In this document: one piece after another, positions 1 to 10,131 of the stretch
How the letters are laid out: each line of letters begins with the position of its first letter
Numbering within the stretch: the stretch's first letter is position 1
IMG/VR virus record: IMGVR_UViG_2737471835_000006
DNA from: a virus
Lineage: Duplodnaviria; Heunggongvirae; Uroviricota; Caudoviricetes
Direction: 5' to 3' (one strand)
Length of the DNA stretch: 53,176 nt
Notes under the pieces: model-generated
Databases searched by the model: none
What the model was told of the DNA's origin: nothing
Seen by the model: the letters and a program-made list of their open reading frames with translations, nothing else
Position numbers and translations under genes: made by a program

Positions 1-1011
1 TCAATCATCATCAATGATCACGGGTATATAATATTTTTTATTTCCGTATGCAAAATAAAGTTTTTCGTCTCCGCTGATGAAGTAAAACGCGGTCTTAGGT
101 TCTGCTCCTGTGGGTAGTTTACTCACTACAGCTGCTGCGGGCGGGAGATGCCCATCATGAAATATTGATCGGGCAATCCTATCAGCCCCAACGTATTGCA
201 GACCATTTGCAGCACCGTAGGGAAAGTCAATTTTTAGGCTAGAGGCGTTGTGATCGTAAATCTGCAAATAAGAATTTTCCTTGCGTTCTATATATGCGTC
301 AGGAAATATTCCTCCGGGACTCCAAAATGCTAATTGACCGTTTTTTTTGACCCCGTCAACTGTAGTGGAATAAATTCGGACAGAACGACCGAAGTATAAA
401 TCAAAGTCAGTATAGCATGATGCTGTATTTGTGTTGCCTGCTGAATTTTTCCCTATCTGGATATTGTTATTAAATGTCGCCGGTGAGTCAAACGTGGCAC
501 CCAACAAAAATGTCGCCAATTTTTTGAATTTGTTTTTTTCCAGAAATTCATTTTCCTTATCGAGTTTTGCGAATTTTGACGAGTCAAGACTGGCGGCTGC
601 CGCTGCTGCTGCTGCTGCGCTGTTCGCGCTGTTAGTTTCAGATGTGTGCGCCGCACTGGCGCTGGCGTCTGCTGCTGCTGCAGCATTTTTCGCAGCCGAT
701 ACTAGCTCTTGAATCTCCGCCAACGCAGCTGGCGTCAGTTCGTCTGCGCTAAAATTAGTCAAATAGTCGTTTAACGTGCCGTCAACACTGTCCGGGTTAA
801 CGTTAATCACGCCGAGATATGCCGCACTAGCAGTGACAACGTAAACTCCGGGATTCATATCAAATTTGTACTCACCCGCCGCGCCTGTTTCTTGCTCTAC
901 AACAGTGGTCATTACTACGCGTGAACTCGTGACCCGTGCTGTTAATACTAACTGAACGCCGACAACGGGCTCGCCGACCCCATTTGCGTATGCACCCGAT
1001 ATTATTGCCAT
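1..1011 (-). CDS. Tail fiber protein with lambda Stf-like N-terminal domain and divergent AT-rich C-terminal domain
   Basis: Complete minus-strand ORF, stop codon at 1-3. N-terminal ~120 aa has the same layout as the N-terminus of the Stf fiber at 49720-53001, followed by an Ala-rich linker; the C-terminal half is AT-rich and unrelated. Confidence 0.5.
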   Translation of the reverse strand: MAIISGAYANGVGEPVVGVQLVLTARVTSSRVVMTTVVEQETGAAGEYKFDMNPGVYVVTASAAYLGVINVNPDSVDGTLNDYLTNFSADELTPAALAEIQELVSAAKNAAAAADASASAAHTSETNSANSAAAAAAAAASLDSSKFAKLDKENEFLEKNKFKKLATFLLGATFDSPATFNNNIQIGKNSAGNTNTASCYTDFDLYFGRSVRIYSTTVDGVKKNGQLAFWSPGGIFPDAYIERKENSYLQIYDHNASSLKIDFPYGAANGLQYVGADRIARSIFHDGHLPPAAAVVSKLPTGAEPKTAFYFISGDEKLYFAYGNKKYYIPVIIDDD

Positions 1012-1016
1012 TTCAT

Positions 1017-2060
1017 TTACTCCAGCGACAGTCGCGCAGAGAATCCGTTTTCAGCCAGCGTCAGCGTCAACGTATTGATTGTCCAGTCTCGGTCCTCCTC
1101 TGTCCCGAACCCTTGTGTTGTGACTTTGCATTCTGCAGTCAGCGATACTAAATCGAGCGTTGCTGGCGTTGTGTACGTCATGGAAAACTCTTTTTTAGCC
1201 GCACCGCCCTTGAGTCCTGGCGCAGCTTCTTTCGCTGCATCAAGCGACGGCTCCACTGCCGGCCACTCGATTACAGGATCGCCGCCACTGCCCGTACGCA
1301 ATTCTTTGATCTGCCCCGTTGCTGTATCGTGATATTTGATCAGATATGTTGGTTCCGCATTTTCGCCACCTCCGCCACTATCGCCGTTTTGTCCATTTCT
1401 CGAATAACCCCAGCTGGAGTTATCACGACGCGTGAGCGTGTAGTGCTGAAGCGGTGCTCCGCTAACAGATTCGCCCGCGCCGCGCGGCAGGAATATCCAG
1501 TACCCGCCCGCGGGTTTACTCACCGCATCGAATCTCGTTGCGAGCCGCGACATCAGGTGCATATCTGACTCGCCGACCTGATCGAGTTGCGTGATAACAT
1601 TGTTTGCAAACCGCTTTGATACGCGTGGTTTTAGCCCGTTATCACTCGCTATTGTCGCAACGATATCGCTGACGGTGACGTCGCTCCATGAGCGCGTCTT
1701 TTTGCTCTGAACTGTCGGAGAGCCCTTTGACGCGTTCATCGGAGCCGCTTTTGCTGTGAAATCAACTACCCGAGGTTCACCGCCACTGCTCGCCCCGTCG
1801 ACGATGTATATACCTTTATCGATTATCTGATTACCAAAACCGAGCCCAATGCTAATTTTCACTCCACGGGCCGGAATTTTCAGAGTTTCAGAAACTATTG
1901 CTACGCGGAGTTCGTCTGTCTGTTTACTGGAGCCGCCATAATCAGTCAGCGTGATATTGATCAGCCCTTTTCTTATTTTATCCGTGATGTTTTTATTATC
2001 AGCAGATATATAAAAATTAGGTTTCCACGCCTCCACGCCAGTATTTACGTAATCACCCAT
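1017..2060 (-). CDS. P2 gpD-like tail protein (late control D family)
   Basis: 347 aa; blocks such as TLTDYGGSSKQTDELRV and SWSDVTVSDIVATIASDNGLKP parallel P2 gpD; last gene of a P2-ordered tail cluster. Confidence 0.65.
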   Translation of the reverse strand: MGDYVNTGVEAWKPNFYISADNKNITDKIRKGLINITLTDYGGSSKQTDELRVAIVSETLKIPARGVKISIGLGFGNQIIDKGIYIVDGASSGGEPRVVDFTAKAAPMNASKGSPTVQSKKTRSWSDVTVSDIVATIASDNGLKPRVSKRFANNVITQLDQVGESDMHLMSRLATRFDAVSKPAGGYWIFLPRGAGESVSGAPLQHYTLTRRDNSSWGYSRNGQNGDSGGGGENAEPTYLIKYHDTATGQIKELRTGSGGDPVIEWPAVEPSLDAAKEAAPGLKGGAAKKEFSMTYTTPATLDLVSLTAECKVTTQGFGTEEDRDWTINTLTLTLAENGFSARLSLE

Positions 2061-2063
2061 TCA

Positions 2064-2276
2064 TCAATCCCATAATTGCGTTTCTTTTTTAACCGGTTCT
2101 GGTTCGATTTCTGGTAAAACAATTTTTTCTCCAGCACGAAACACGGCACACATATCAGTTACGCCGTAATTCGAAACCTGATATAAAACAGTCTCTGTCG
2201 TTTTTGACGCTCTCCCGTAGACCGCAAAGCAGATTTGATCGAGACGGTCACCGTCCCGCGTCGTATATGTAATCAT
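2064..2276 (-). CDS. P2 gpX-like tail protein X
   Basis: 70 aa; MITYTTRDGDRLDQICFAVYGR resembles the gpX N-terminus; sits between gpU-like and gpD-like genes. Confidence 0.55.
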   Translation of the reverse strand: MITYTTRDGDRLDQICFAVYGRASKTTETVLYQVSNYGVTDMCAVFRAGEKIVLPEIEPEPVKKETQLWD

Positions 2277-2513
2277 GATTATGAGGCCTCAAATGGAATT
2301 ATTTGCGTGGGTTATCGCTCTGTATATATGGTTAATGGCGAACCCGTTAATATCCATCATTTTATACGTAATACCGTTAGTAATTGCTCTAATAAGGGGA
2401 CATAAAAGCTGCGCAATGGTCGTTATTCTGAATATATTATTCGGATGGATATTTTTGATGTGGATCATTCTGTTGCTGTGGTCCGCTCTCGGTGATAAAA
2501 AACCGAAAGAAGT

Positions 2514-2942
2514 TCAATCCAGCGAAGCTCCGTAATATTCGAGCGTGAGTGAAAAGTCCTGCGATTTTGGGGTCCCTCCTTTCAGAAAACTGTTTTGCGT
2601 TTCTGTTAACTCCCTGATAACCCAGTACCCCTTCACCTCCCCGGTCCCCAGCACCAGTTGCTGGGGTTCTCCCGAGTTCCCCAGTGCCCGCAAATCTGTT
2701 AACAAGCCAATGCCGCACCCATCAAGGAATAAGGCATTTATTTTCCCATCGATCGTGATTGTGGGGTTCGGTCGTCCGGTTATCTGCAATGCGTCGTTTT
2801 TTCCGAACCGTGTTTGCTGAGCCCAGCGCCAGGCGTCACTACGTTGCAGTTTGTTGTACGCTATTGTTGATATAGCAAAAATGAAATCACCCAGGCCGAG
2901 CATAATGTCCTCAGCACCGTTTGTTGCATCACTCATTGTCAC
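2514..2942 (-). CDS. P2 gpU-like tail protein
   Basis: 142 aa; position immediately after the tape measure gene with 4-nt overlap; residue pattern similar to gpU. Confidence 0.55.
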   Translation of the reverse strand: MTMSDATNGAEDIMLGLGDFIFAISTIAYNKLQRSDAWRWAQQTRFGKNDALQITGRPNPTITIDGKINALFLDGCGIGLLTDLRALGNSGEPQQLVLGTGEVKGYWVIRELTETQNSFLKGGTPKSQDFSLTLEYYGASLD

Positions 2943-4579
2943 CCCGCCGCCGCTGGTTTATCAAACATTGCACCACGGTTGTACGAACTCGCAACTTGTC
3001 TCAGCCCGTCGAGCACACCCGATGCAGCAGCCTGCTGTGTTGATTGTGGATCTGCCGCTCCGATAATATTGATTTCAATTTTATTGTTTTGCTCTGGCGC
3101 TGGAGTTGCGACTGCCTGTCTCAGCGCGTCAATATTCAACGTTGCTGAGTTTTGTGATTCAGGCGTTGAGTCTTTATTTATTAATCCAGTAAACGGGTTA
3201 GCAAACGAGAGCATTGATTCAGCCTGTGATTTTGCACGAGCAAGACGTTCAGGGTGCCGCATATTATCGACGGCTTCGTCGGCTTTTGCTTTTGCTACAT
3301 TATCTGCTGCCAGTCCTGGGTTCGGTGAATATTTACCACCACTATCCATGAATTCCTGATACGCTTTATTATATTCTTCGTTATATACGCGCTGTTCCTC
3401 GTCTGTTTTCTCGTCTGGTATTAACCACTCCAGTTTTTTTACGACTGCCCAAATTATTTTTCCGAATTTAACGCACGCCTCGCCAAAACTGACTATCCCC
3501 TCCCACATTTTTTTCATATTTTCTGGCTTAACCCATTCTTTAATACTATCAACAACCCCCCCTTGATTCTCTTTAAACCAGGATGCCAGCCCGTCTCGCA
3601 TAGCGTCAAACGTCGGCGCGAGTTCCCCTCCGATTTTCCCGAGAGTATCTGCCAGCCCCGATGTGATTGCCCCCCACAGATTCGTGACGGATACGTGCGC
3701 GCGCGCTGCACCCTCAGCCCCTTCTTTCGTTAGCAGGTTTGATTTTTGAGCGTCCGACAGAGTCTGCTCCCAGCTTTTACCAGTCGCCCGCATATAAGTC
3801 ATTATTTTATTAGCTTCCCCCCCCATGAGCTGATCAGCCAGACTCGCCGCCTGTTGATCATCCTTCATTTCAGAGATACGCCGCATAACTTCATTGAACT
3901 GTTTTTCTCGATCCCATTTAGCCATCCGTTTTTTTGTCAGGCCAATTTGAAACAACATGGGGTTCAGGTTTTTTTCGTTTCCAACCTCCCCGATTTTATT
4001 AGTCAACTCCTCCGACAGATCTCCTACGTTTTCGCCATTCAGCCCTGCAGCTTTACCAATATTTTCCCACGCAGCGTATTTTTCGATGCCAACACCGTAG
4101 GACTTCGCCAGACCGAGTTTTTCTGACGTCTCTGCATTCATTGCCAACGCGCCAGCAGCCGCGCCGCCGAGCAGACCCACGGCCCCCAGCGTCCCCCATT
4201 TGATACCCCGTCCCGTGGCCCTCACCGCACCTGCGGCGGCTCGCCCTCCCCATTTTGCAGCACCTTTTGCGCGCCCCGTCCACTTCTCCAGCCGCTGTTT
4301 TTTGGCGAGCTGAGTATTCAGAGCTTCCTGGTCCTGTGTTGTCGCTTTTATCCGACGGTCCAGCTTTTGATACTGAGCAGATAAATCAGAAACGTCTTTA
4401 CCCGCCAGTTTCATTGCTGCGATTTTGTCTTTTAATTTATCCTGGCTTTTCGTTAATTTTCCGACAGTAGACGACGTCTGCCGAATTGCATCGTTGAGTT
4501 CTGTTGTACCGCGCCGAAACGACGGGTCTATTCTCCCCCCAAATACAACCTGCGTTTTAAAGTTTTGAGAAATAGCCAT
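2939..4579 (-). CDS. Tail tape measure protein
   Basis: 546 aa; coiled-coil N-terminal region, Gly/Ala-rich putative membrane segment (GTLGAVGLLGGAAAGALA), position between tail chaperone and gpU. Confidence 0.7.
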   Translation of the reverse strand: MAISQNFKTQVVFGGRIDPSFRRGTTELNDAIRQTSSTVGKLTKSQDKLKDKIAAMKLAGKDVSDLSAQYQKLDRRIKATTQDQEALNTQLAKKQRLEKWTGRAKGAAKWGGRAAAGAVRATGRGIKWGTLGAVGLLGGAAAGALAMNAETSEKLGLAKSYGVGIEKYAAWENIGKAAGLNGENVGDLSEELTNKIGEVGNEKNLNPMLFQIGLTKKRMAKWDREKQFNEVMRRISEMKDDQQAASLADQLMGGEANKIMTYMRATGKSWEQTLSDAQKSNLLTKEGAEGAARAHVSVTNLWGAITSGLADTLGKIGGELAPTFDAMRDGLASWFKENQGGVVDSIKEWVKPENMKKMWEGIVSFGEACVKFGKIIWAVVKKLEWLIPDEKTDEEQRVYNEEYNKAYQEFMDSGGKYSPNPGLAADNVAKAKADEAVDNMRHPERLARAKSQAESMLSFANPFTGLINKDSTPESQNSATLNIDALRQAVATPAPEQNNKIEINIIGAADPQSTQQAAASGVLDGLRQVASSYNRGAMFDKPAAAG

Positions 4580-4687
4580 CGGTTTTCATGACCTCGTTTA
4601 CATAGAAATTAAAAACCCGATACGGCAGGTCCATTTGCGTATCGGGCGGGATGGCAAGTTTTTTCGCAATAAACGGAATCAGAATTA

Positions 4688-4969
4688 CTATATCTGATGT
4701 CGGTCTTTCGGGTGCTTTACCAGTTCGTTAAACGCGGCCTCCAGTTGATCGTAATCGCACGCGGGGAGCGCATATAAATCCTCTCTCTCCAGATTTGCCA
4801 GGCGCGCCAGCATTGTCGCTGTCCGCTCTTCAAGACCGCTTTTATCGTTACTGAACATAATGCGGTCGCGTAATTTTGGTTCGCGAATAGTAATTGTATC
4901 GCAGCTCTCGCCCTTAATAATAAATGGTCGAGAGAGCGTAATAGTCATACTGTCTAATAATGATTCCAT
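4688..4969 (-). CDS. Tail assembly chaperone (P2 gpE position)
   Basis: 93 aa acidic protein between tail tube and tape measure genes; no obvious slippery heptamer for an E' frameshift was seen. Confidence 0.4.
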   Translation of the reverse strand: MESLLDSMTITLSRPFIIKGESCDTITIREPKLRDRIMFSNDKSGLEERTATMLARLANLEREDLYALPACDYDQLEAAFNELVKHPKDRHQI

Positions 4970-4981
4970 CTTACTTACCTT

Positions 4982-5494
4982 TTAATATACATGAAGGATT
5001 CGAGCGACGCCCGCAAGAACATCAACACCATTGATAACGCGTTTCATTTTTGCAGGATGAATTTCGTAAATAATTCGTCCATTTTGAACTCGTTTATAAT
5101 AGCTCGGCGCAATCGTTACTGATTGCCCCACTGACGATTTAGAATCAGTCCCCTGGGCATCATCAGTGATTGCTGTAATAAGCCCCTCATAGGTATCAAT
5201 GCGCTCAAAGTTTATTCCGTAAGAGTCTGTGTACGCACTACGAATTTCAAACCGCGTCTTCACTCCCGGTATTAACCCGAAATAGCTCATAACAGCAGAA
5301 TCAGAACCTGAAACTTTAAAACTGGCTGACATTTTCTCCATCCCCCCATCCAGAGTGATAGCTGTATCCATCGCGCCTGTTTTAAACTCGTCTTCGATTA
5401 TTTTCATATCTACTGGAGTATATTCAGTACAATTTAAAACCCGTTCGCCCTGCACGAATAGCGCAAACGCGCGGTAAGCGTTGCTGTCTGACAT
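4982..5494 (-). CDS. Contractile tail tube protein (P2 FII-like)
   Basis: 170 aa directly downstream of the sheath gene; C-terminal VINGVDVLAGVARIL resembles the tube C-terminus. Confidence 0.7.
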   Translation of the reverse strand: MSDSNAYRAFALFVQGERVLNCTEYTPVDMKIIEDEFKTGAMDTAITLDGGMEKMSASFKVSGSDSAVMSYFGLIPGVKTRFEIRSAYTDSYGINFERIDTYEGLITAITDDAQGTDSKSSVGQSVTIAPSYYKRVQNGRIIYEIHPAKMKRVINGVDVLAGVARILHVY

Positions 5495-5511
5495 ATTTAA
5501 TCTCCAAATTA

Positions 5512-7005
5512 TCAGGCTGTTTCTTTAAAAAGGGAGGCCAGTGCCTCAACTGTATAGTCATTATTAATACAGTACATTAACGTAATTGTTTGTGCCGGAG
5601 ATTTCGGACCAAAATCAACATTAATATAAAGATTGCCAGCGGCCAGACTTTCTTTTGTATTCAGCTCACCGTCTAACCACGCACGCCCTCCGTTAATCGC
5701 ACCCTGCTCCTCTAATTTGTGCAGATATGCGTTTATCGACTCGACAACGTCTGTTCCGAGATGCAGGTCTATCGGGCGATCAATAAAATCTGTCATCATT
5801 GCCCGGGCTATAGAATCTTCAATTACGTCAGCTGTCCGACGAACGCATTCAAACGACCATTGTGGATCCAGACTGCACAGATAGTTACCCCAGTGCCGGA
5901 ATCCATCGTAGCGAATAATGGTGCTGACCTGGCTGGCGTTCAGTAGGTTCGCTGTGCAGTTTGTCTCACCAATAATAAAATCGTCGATTTGTTCAAGCCC
6001 TGTTATTCCATAAATATTTTGATTCGACTTACTCCACCAAAACCCTTTTTCATTATCAATTCTGGCTCGTAAACCAGCGGCGATAGCTGAATATGGACGC
6101 GACAGATCACTGAGATCGCCAGCTGAAAACACACGCGGGCGTAGTATTTCCATGCGCGCGCTATATTTATGGCGGCGGTTAACGACGTCTGCGGGCGATG
6201 CCGTGCGTGGAGAATCAATATAGCCGACTCCACGTAATTTATTTGTGACTACCTCCAGCGCGGCAGCGACGTCGTCATTAGCACTGTAATCAGGTGCAAT
6301 CAAAATTCGTGGAGTCACCTGGTTTATCTGTCCCGATGTTAACATAGCGTTAATGCCGTTGATTACGTTCTCACGCTCTTTTGTCGCGTCTGTGTTTTCG
6401 TCTACGCGAACAACAACAATTAGCGCATCTGTCTGATTTAAAATATCAGTGATGGCTGCGGGGAGAGTGCCTGCTGCACCCAGGAGCGCCGCTTTTTTCT
6501 GACTACCTGCAATTAGTGTGGGTATGTTGACTGGAAATGGAGCGTCAGAACCGCCCGTCAGGCTCGTGACGGGCATCTGATAAACAATTCCATCATTTTT
6601 ACTGGCCTCATCCAACGCTACAAAAATATAATCCTCCGCGTTCCGTCCCTCATTGTGAGTCAGAACGTCTTGTGACAGCACCTCTGGCGTTGTTGTACTA
6701 TCTGTTCCGAGCGTTAATTTTATTGTCCCGTCCGGTAACGTGCTATATCCGTATTTAATTCCAGAAATGCCCTTCTTAATAATTTCAACTGCAAATTTAT
6801 TTCCGTAACTCCCTGAATAAACCGGGAGAAATGTCACCACATTATCTGACAAGGGTGACCCCCATGTTAATGAAGCTCTTCCTCCCAGCCCAACATCCGG
6901 TGCAGTACCAACAATCCCGATAACCGAAATATCTACCGCGCTGATCTCTTTTGTGCCGTCGTCGTATTCAAGCGTGCGGGGGCCGTGCAAAAAATTAGTG
7001 CTCAT
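5512..7005 (-). CDS. Contractile tail sheath protein (P2 FI-like)
   Basis: 497 aa; size, composition and position upstream of the tube gene typical of myovirus sheath proteins. Confidence 0.8.
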   Translation of the reverse strand: MSTNFLHGPRTLEYDDGTKEISAVDISVIGIVGTAPDVGLGGRASLTWGSPLSDNVVTFLPVYSGSYGNKFAVEIIKKGISGIKYGYSTLPDGTIKLTLGTDSTTTPEVLSQDVLTHNEGRNAEDYIFVALDEASKNDGIVYQMPVTSLTGGSDAPFPVNIPTLIAGSQKKAALLGAAGTLPAAITDILNQTDALIVVVRVDENTDATKERENVINGINAMLTSGQINQVTPRILIAPDYSANDDVAAALEVVTNKLRGVGYIDSPRTASPADVVNRRHKYSARMEILRPRVFSAGDLSDLSRPYSAIAAGLRARIDNEKGFWWSKSNQNIYGITGLEQIDDFIIGETNCTANLLNASQVSTIIRYDGFRHWGNYLCSLDPQWSFECVRRTADVIEDSIARAMMTDFIDRPIDLHLGTDVVESINAYLHKLEEQGAINGGRAWLDGELNTKESLAAGNLYINVDFGPKSPAQTITLMYCINNDYTVEALASLFKETA

Positions 7006-7010
7006 TAATT

Positions 7011-7244
7011 TTACTCTCCTGATTCGATTATAATTGGAGCCACATATTCAGCAACATCACCAAATTCACCGCAAGCGGCGCGCTCGTATAACTCTCGGCC
7101 ATATAATGTGGAGTCTGTCTTAGATGCAGTAAATAAAATAGCATTACCGATCCCTTGTATGTCACAGACAATATCAATACTGTTATTCGATGCGCTGGAA
7201 TAGCGCTGTGTTTTTATATTTGAAAAGTTATCAATTGTTATCAT
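7011..7244 (-). CDS. Hypothetical protein in tail fiber assembly (gpG) position
   Basis: 77 aa ORF between fiber and sheath genes; no recognisable motif. Confidence 0.3.
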   Translation of the reverse strand: MITIDNFSNIKTQRYSSASNNSIDIVCDIQGIGNAILFTASKTDSTLYGRELYERAACGEFGDVAEYVAPIIIESGE

Positions 7245-7249
7245 TTGTT

Positions 7250-8212
7250 TTACGCTATCCTCGTGAAATTAGTTGCAAATTTGCCAGTATAGATATCTTC
7301 ACCAGCCCCGGAAGATGGCTCATAGCTCTGGGGGATCAGTCCGCACAATTGCCAAATACCAGGCAATGGCTCACTTCCAAAAGTTAGCGTAAGCGTGGCT
7401 TCGCTCATAGAGCCGACACCTCCGGTATATTTCCATTGAATGCATGCAGGGGAAATTATCGAACCTTGTAACTGATCACCAGGTTTATAGTGCATTACAG
7501 TAGAGTTATCGAATGTAAATCCAGCATAAACAACTGAGCCGACAGCTGCAAACGCAGGCACCGCCGGTGCAGGGTCATCGTTAGCATCAATTAAATCATC
7601 AACGTCTTCTTTGGTGTAATAATTATCAAGATTTACGCCGATATTTTCTCGCGCCGTTTTTTGCGCCACCGTGCCTTTATCTTTAATTTCAGATAAATTT
7701 TTACCTATCTGCAAATATCGTTTATCGGCATCTGCCTGGCTCATTCCGCTACTGTTATCAATAACAACGTTAACAGTAGACGTGCTGGACACCGCGAGAG
7801 TGTATTTATACGTGATTGAAATCAGCGCGCCGTTGCTGTCCGTAGGTTTTAAAATATCCGGTGAACGTGCAACTGAGTACAGTTCCCCTTTATCTGTTAA
7901 TATCCCCACCTCGCGGATGGTATAACCGCCGGTTTCCGGCGGTACGTACAGTGTAAAAATGACCTGATTACCGCTATTTTCTGACGATTTAATATCTCCG
8001 CGATACGTCTCGTGAATTAATGCCGTTCTGGCCGGGTCTGGTGTTACGTCGTCATTTCCGTTCGCGTCACCAATAACGAATTTATTTAGCACTACCGGCA
8101 CGCCTGACGCCAGCGCCGCAGCTTCTAATTGCGCGCCACGGTCTGTCAGCACCGCATAAACTTGGCTCGCGTTAGCTTTCAGATTTGATTTTAATTTAGC
8201 CATTGGGTCCAA
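7250..8212 (-). CDS. Tail fiber protein, P2 gpH-like N-terminal domain
   Basis: 320 aa; N-terminal region (RTALIHETYRGD ... YVPPETGGYTIREVGILTDKGELYSVA) parallels the gpH N-terminal baseplate-attachment domain; C-terminus unique. Confidence 0.7.
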   Translation of the reverse strand: MDPMAKLKSNLKANASQVYAVLTDRGAQLEAAALASGVPVVLNKFVIGDANGNDDVTPDPARTALIHETYRGDIKSSENSGNQVIFTLYVPPETGGYTIREVGILTDKGELYSVARSPDILKPTDSNGALISITYKYTLAVSSTSTVNVVIDNSSGMSQADADKRYLQIGKNLSEIKDKGTVAQKTARENIGVNLDNYYTKEDVDDLIDANDDPAPAVPAFAAVGSVVYAGFTFDNSTVMHYKPGDQLQGSIISPACIQWKYTGGVGSMSEATLTLTFGSEPLPGIWQLCGLIPQSYEPSSGAGEDIYTGKFATNFTRIA

Positions 8213-8828
8213 TCTCCACTAACAGACTCACGATTGGCGAGCCTGATATATATAATCCGCCATTTAATTTCACGCCACCATCACCATCTGCCGGTATATT
8301 TACGCCTATTTTTGTGTAAGGAGTTCCAGCTATAAAAAATTCCCCTTCCACACCTGTTTCGAAATTTATTTCTTTTAATAAAGAGCGACAATTTTTTGCA
8401 TCAAATATTTGTGCAATAAATGTATTCAATAGCTCTAAATCTAACCCCATATTTTTTAGCAGATATATTTTAATTGCGAATGTATACGGGTCGTCCCTGG
8501 GCGCGGCTTCGAACCACTCTCTCATTTTGCTCTCAAATCCAACTGTTAATAACGCTCGTTCAACAGCTCCACGCGTTCCGCGGTGCTTGTTCTGCCACGC
8601 AGCTGCTTTAATAATTTCGCGTTTTTGCTGCTCGCTCCAGTCGGGGTTCCAGTAGGTGACGGCGTATTCCCACGCAAGCCACGGCAACAGATTTGCAGGA
8701 CACAAATCGGGATTCTTAATAATTCGAATATCGCCAGGCAGATCGCCGACGTGAGATAAAACGGCTTCCAGCGCTCTTTCTGGTGTTACTGCGTTAGGAG
8801 GCAGTACACTCTGGCTCGTCATTGTCAC
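8196..8828 (-). CDS. Baseplate/tail protein, P2 gpI-like
   Basis: 210 aa; conserved NPDLCPANLLPWLAWEYAV motif as in gpI. Confidence 0.7.
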   Translation of the reverse strand: MTMTSQSVLPPNAVTPERALEAVLSHVGDLPGDIRIIKNPDLCPANLLPWLAWEYAVTYWNPDWSEQQKREIIKAAAWQNKHRGTRGAVERALLTVGFESKMREWFEAAPRDDPYTFAIKIYLLKNMGLDLELLNTFIAQIFDAKNCRSLLKEINFETGVEGEFFIAGTPYTKIGVNIPADGDGGVKLNGGLYISGSPIVSLLVEIGPNG

Positions 8829-9745
8829 CCCATCTGTACGCTGAGTTTAATTTCGGTGCAATATGGTGCCTGTCCGACACCTGCAATGACGTCCTCTGTC
8901 GGCGATATCAGAATCACACGTTCGGTGCCGTCACGATGTATTGCGTCGTAAATTCCCGACAGGGCTGCTGTTGCCCCGATTTTATGTTGCGTGGTCACGT
9001 AGACCGCCAGGTCGCTCTGCGCGCCGTTGAGTAATACGTTCTGGTCGGGACCGAGCCCCGCTACGATAACGGCCTCAACCCGGTAATTCAGGTTCGACGC
9101 AGGTTTTACGGTCACGAAATCAGTTAGTGGCCGAGTGTCGTCAGGAGACAGGGCCGCATTCACTGTATTCAGTAGTGATTGCGGGGGTACACCGTCGCCT
9201 GTCCGGGACAAAACGTACATATCGACGTACCCTGGCTGAGTCACAGGCGGGCCGTATGCCTGCGCTGACAGAACATCGGGATCACTCGATAGCGCGAAAT
9301 AGTTATACGCGTTTGTACTGCCGGCAGTATTACGCGCGTACCATGATAGTTGTATGCGATGACGATACTCGTCGTCACTCTCGTAAACCGCTTCAGTCGG
9401 GGGGACTGAGTCGGGATTAGCTGGCGTTATCAACAGCCGCAGGCAGTCAAAATTAGCGCCAATCTGGTCGAGGTCAGTCCCTTTTGCAAACGCGAGCAAT
9501 ACAGCGAGCATCCCCTGATTTACCCGAGCTGTAATAATGATTTCTCTGTATGCAACTATTTCCAGCAGTTTAACTGCCGGGTCTGACTCCAGGAGTGCGT
9601 TAAATTGTGGATATAATATCTGCAGCTCTGACAGTAGATTAGATTTAACATCTGAAAATAACGGGGTTTTAACGAATGCTGGCGGCGGCAGCAGACTCAT
9701 ATCAATAGTTTTCACTATCGAGTTCTGAACTGTTGATGTTATCAA
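8825..9745 (-). CDS. Baseplate protein, P2 gpJ-like
   Basis: 306 aa; size and position between gpW-like and gpI-like genes; 4-nt overlaps on both sides. Confidence 0.7.
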   Translation of the reverse strand: MITSTVQNSIVKTIDMSLLPPPAFVKTPLFSDVKSNLLSELQILYPQFNALLESDPAVKLLEIVAYREIIITARVNQGMLAVLLAFAKGTDLDQIGANFDCLRLLITPANPDSVPPTEAVYESDDEYRHRIQLSWYARNTAGSTNAYNYFALSSDPDVLSAQAYGPPVTQPGYVDMYVLSRTGDGVPPQSLLNTVNAALSPDDTRPLTDFVTVKPASNLNYRVEAVIVAGLGPDQNVLLNGAQSDLAVYVTTQHKIGATAALSGIYDAIHRDGTERVILISPTEDVIAGVGQAPYCTEIKLSVQMG

Positions 9746-10131
9746 AATATCAGCTCCATATTATTAAACTCTAATCGCTGTTGTGTTTCGATATCTGTTG
9801 CGATAATTAATATTGTTATTTTCCCGATATCCACTGCTAACACATTTATTCTGTCAATTCTGACGCGTGGTTCCCAGCGTGCTATTGCGCCAGCACTTTC
9901 CATGATTATCCGTATAGCCAGTGATGGATCTGTGGGATTATCAACGAGGTCAAATAATTTGCTCCCATATTCCGGCAGCATTACACGGGTTCCCAGCGGG
10001 GTCGTTAAAATATCAACGATAGACTGACAAATGTGGTCAACCCCGGATAAAGGTTTACCAGTGTTACGGTCCATTCCAAGCATATTTACGCCATTGGTTG
10101 GTTCGGTTGTTGTGTTTCCCCGTCCGGGCAT
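9742..10131 (-). CDS. Baseplate wedge protein, P2 gpW / gp25-like
   Basis: Region MLGMDRNTGKPLSGVDHICQSIVDILTTPLGTRVMLPEYGSKL matches the gpW/gp25 signature; true start may be the internal Met at about 10083, just after the gpV stop. Confidence 0.7.
   Translation of the reverse strand: MPGRGNTTTEPTNGVNMLGMDRNTGKPLSGVDHICQSIVDILTTPLGTRVMLPEYGSKLFDLVDNPTDPSLAIRIIMESAGAIARWEPRVRIDRINVLAVDIGKITILIIATDIETQQRLEFNNMELIF

Noticed and set aside
4580-4687. P2-style E/E' programmed frameshift extension between the tail chaperone and tape measure genes
   Set aside because: No slippery heptamer (TTTTTTG or similar) found near the 3' end of the chaperone gene and no extended ORF in the gap.
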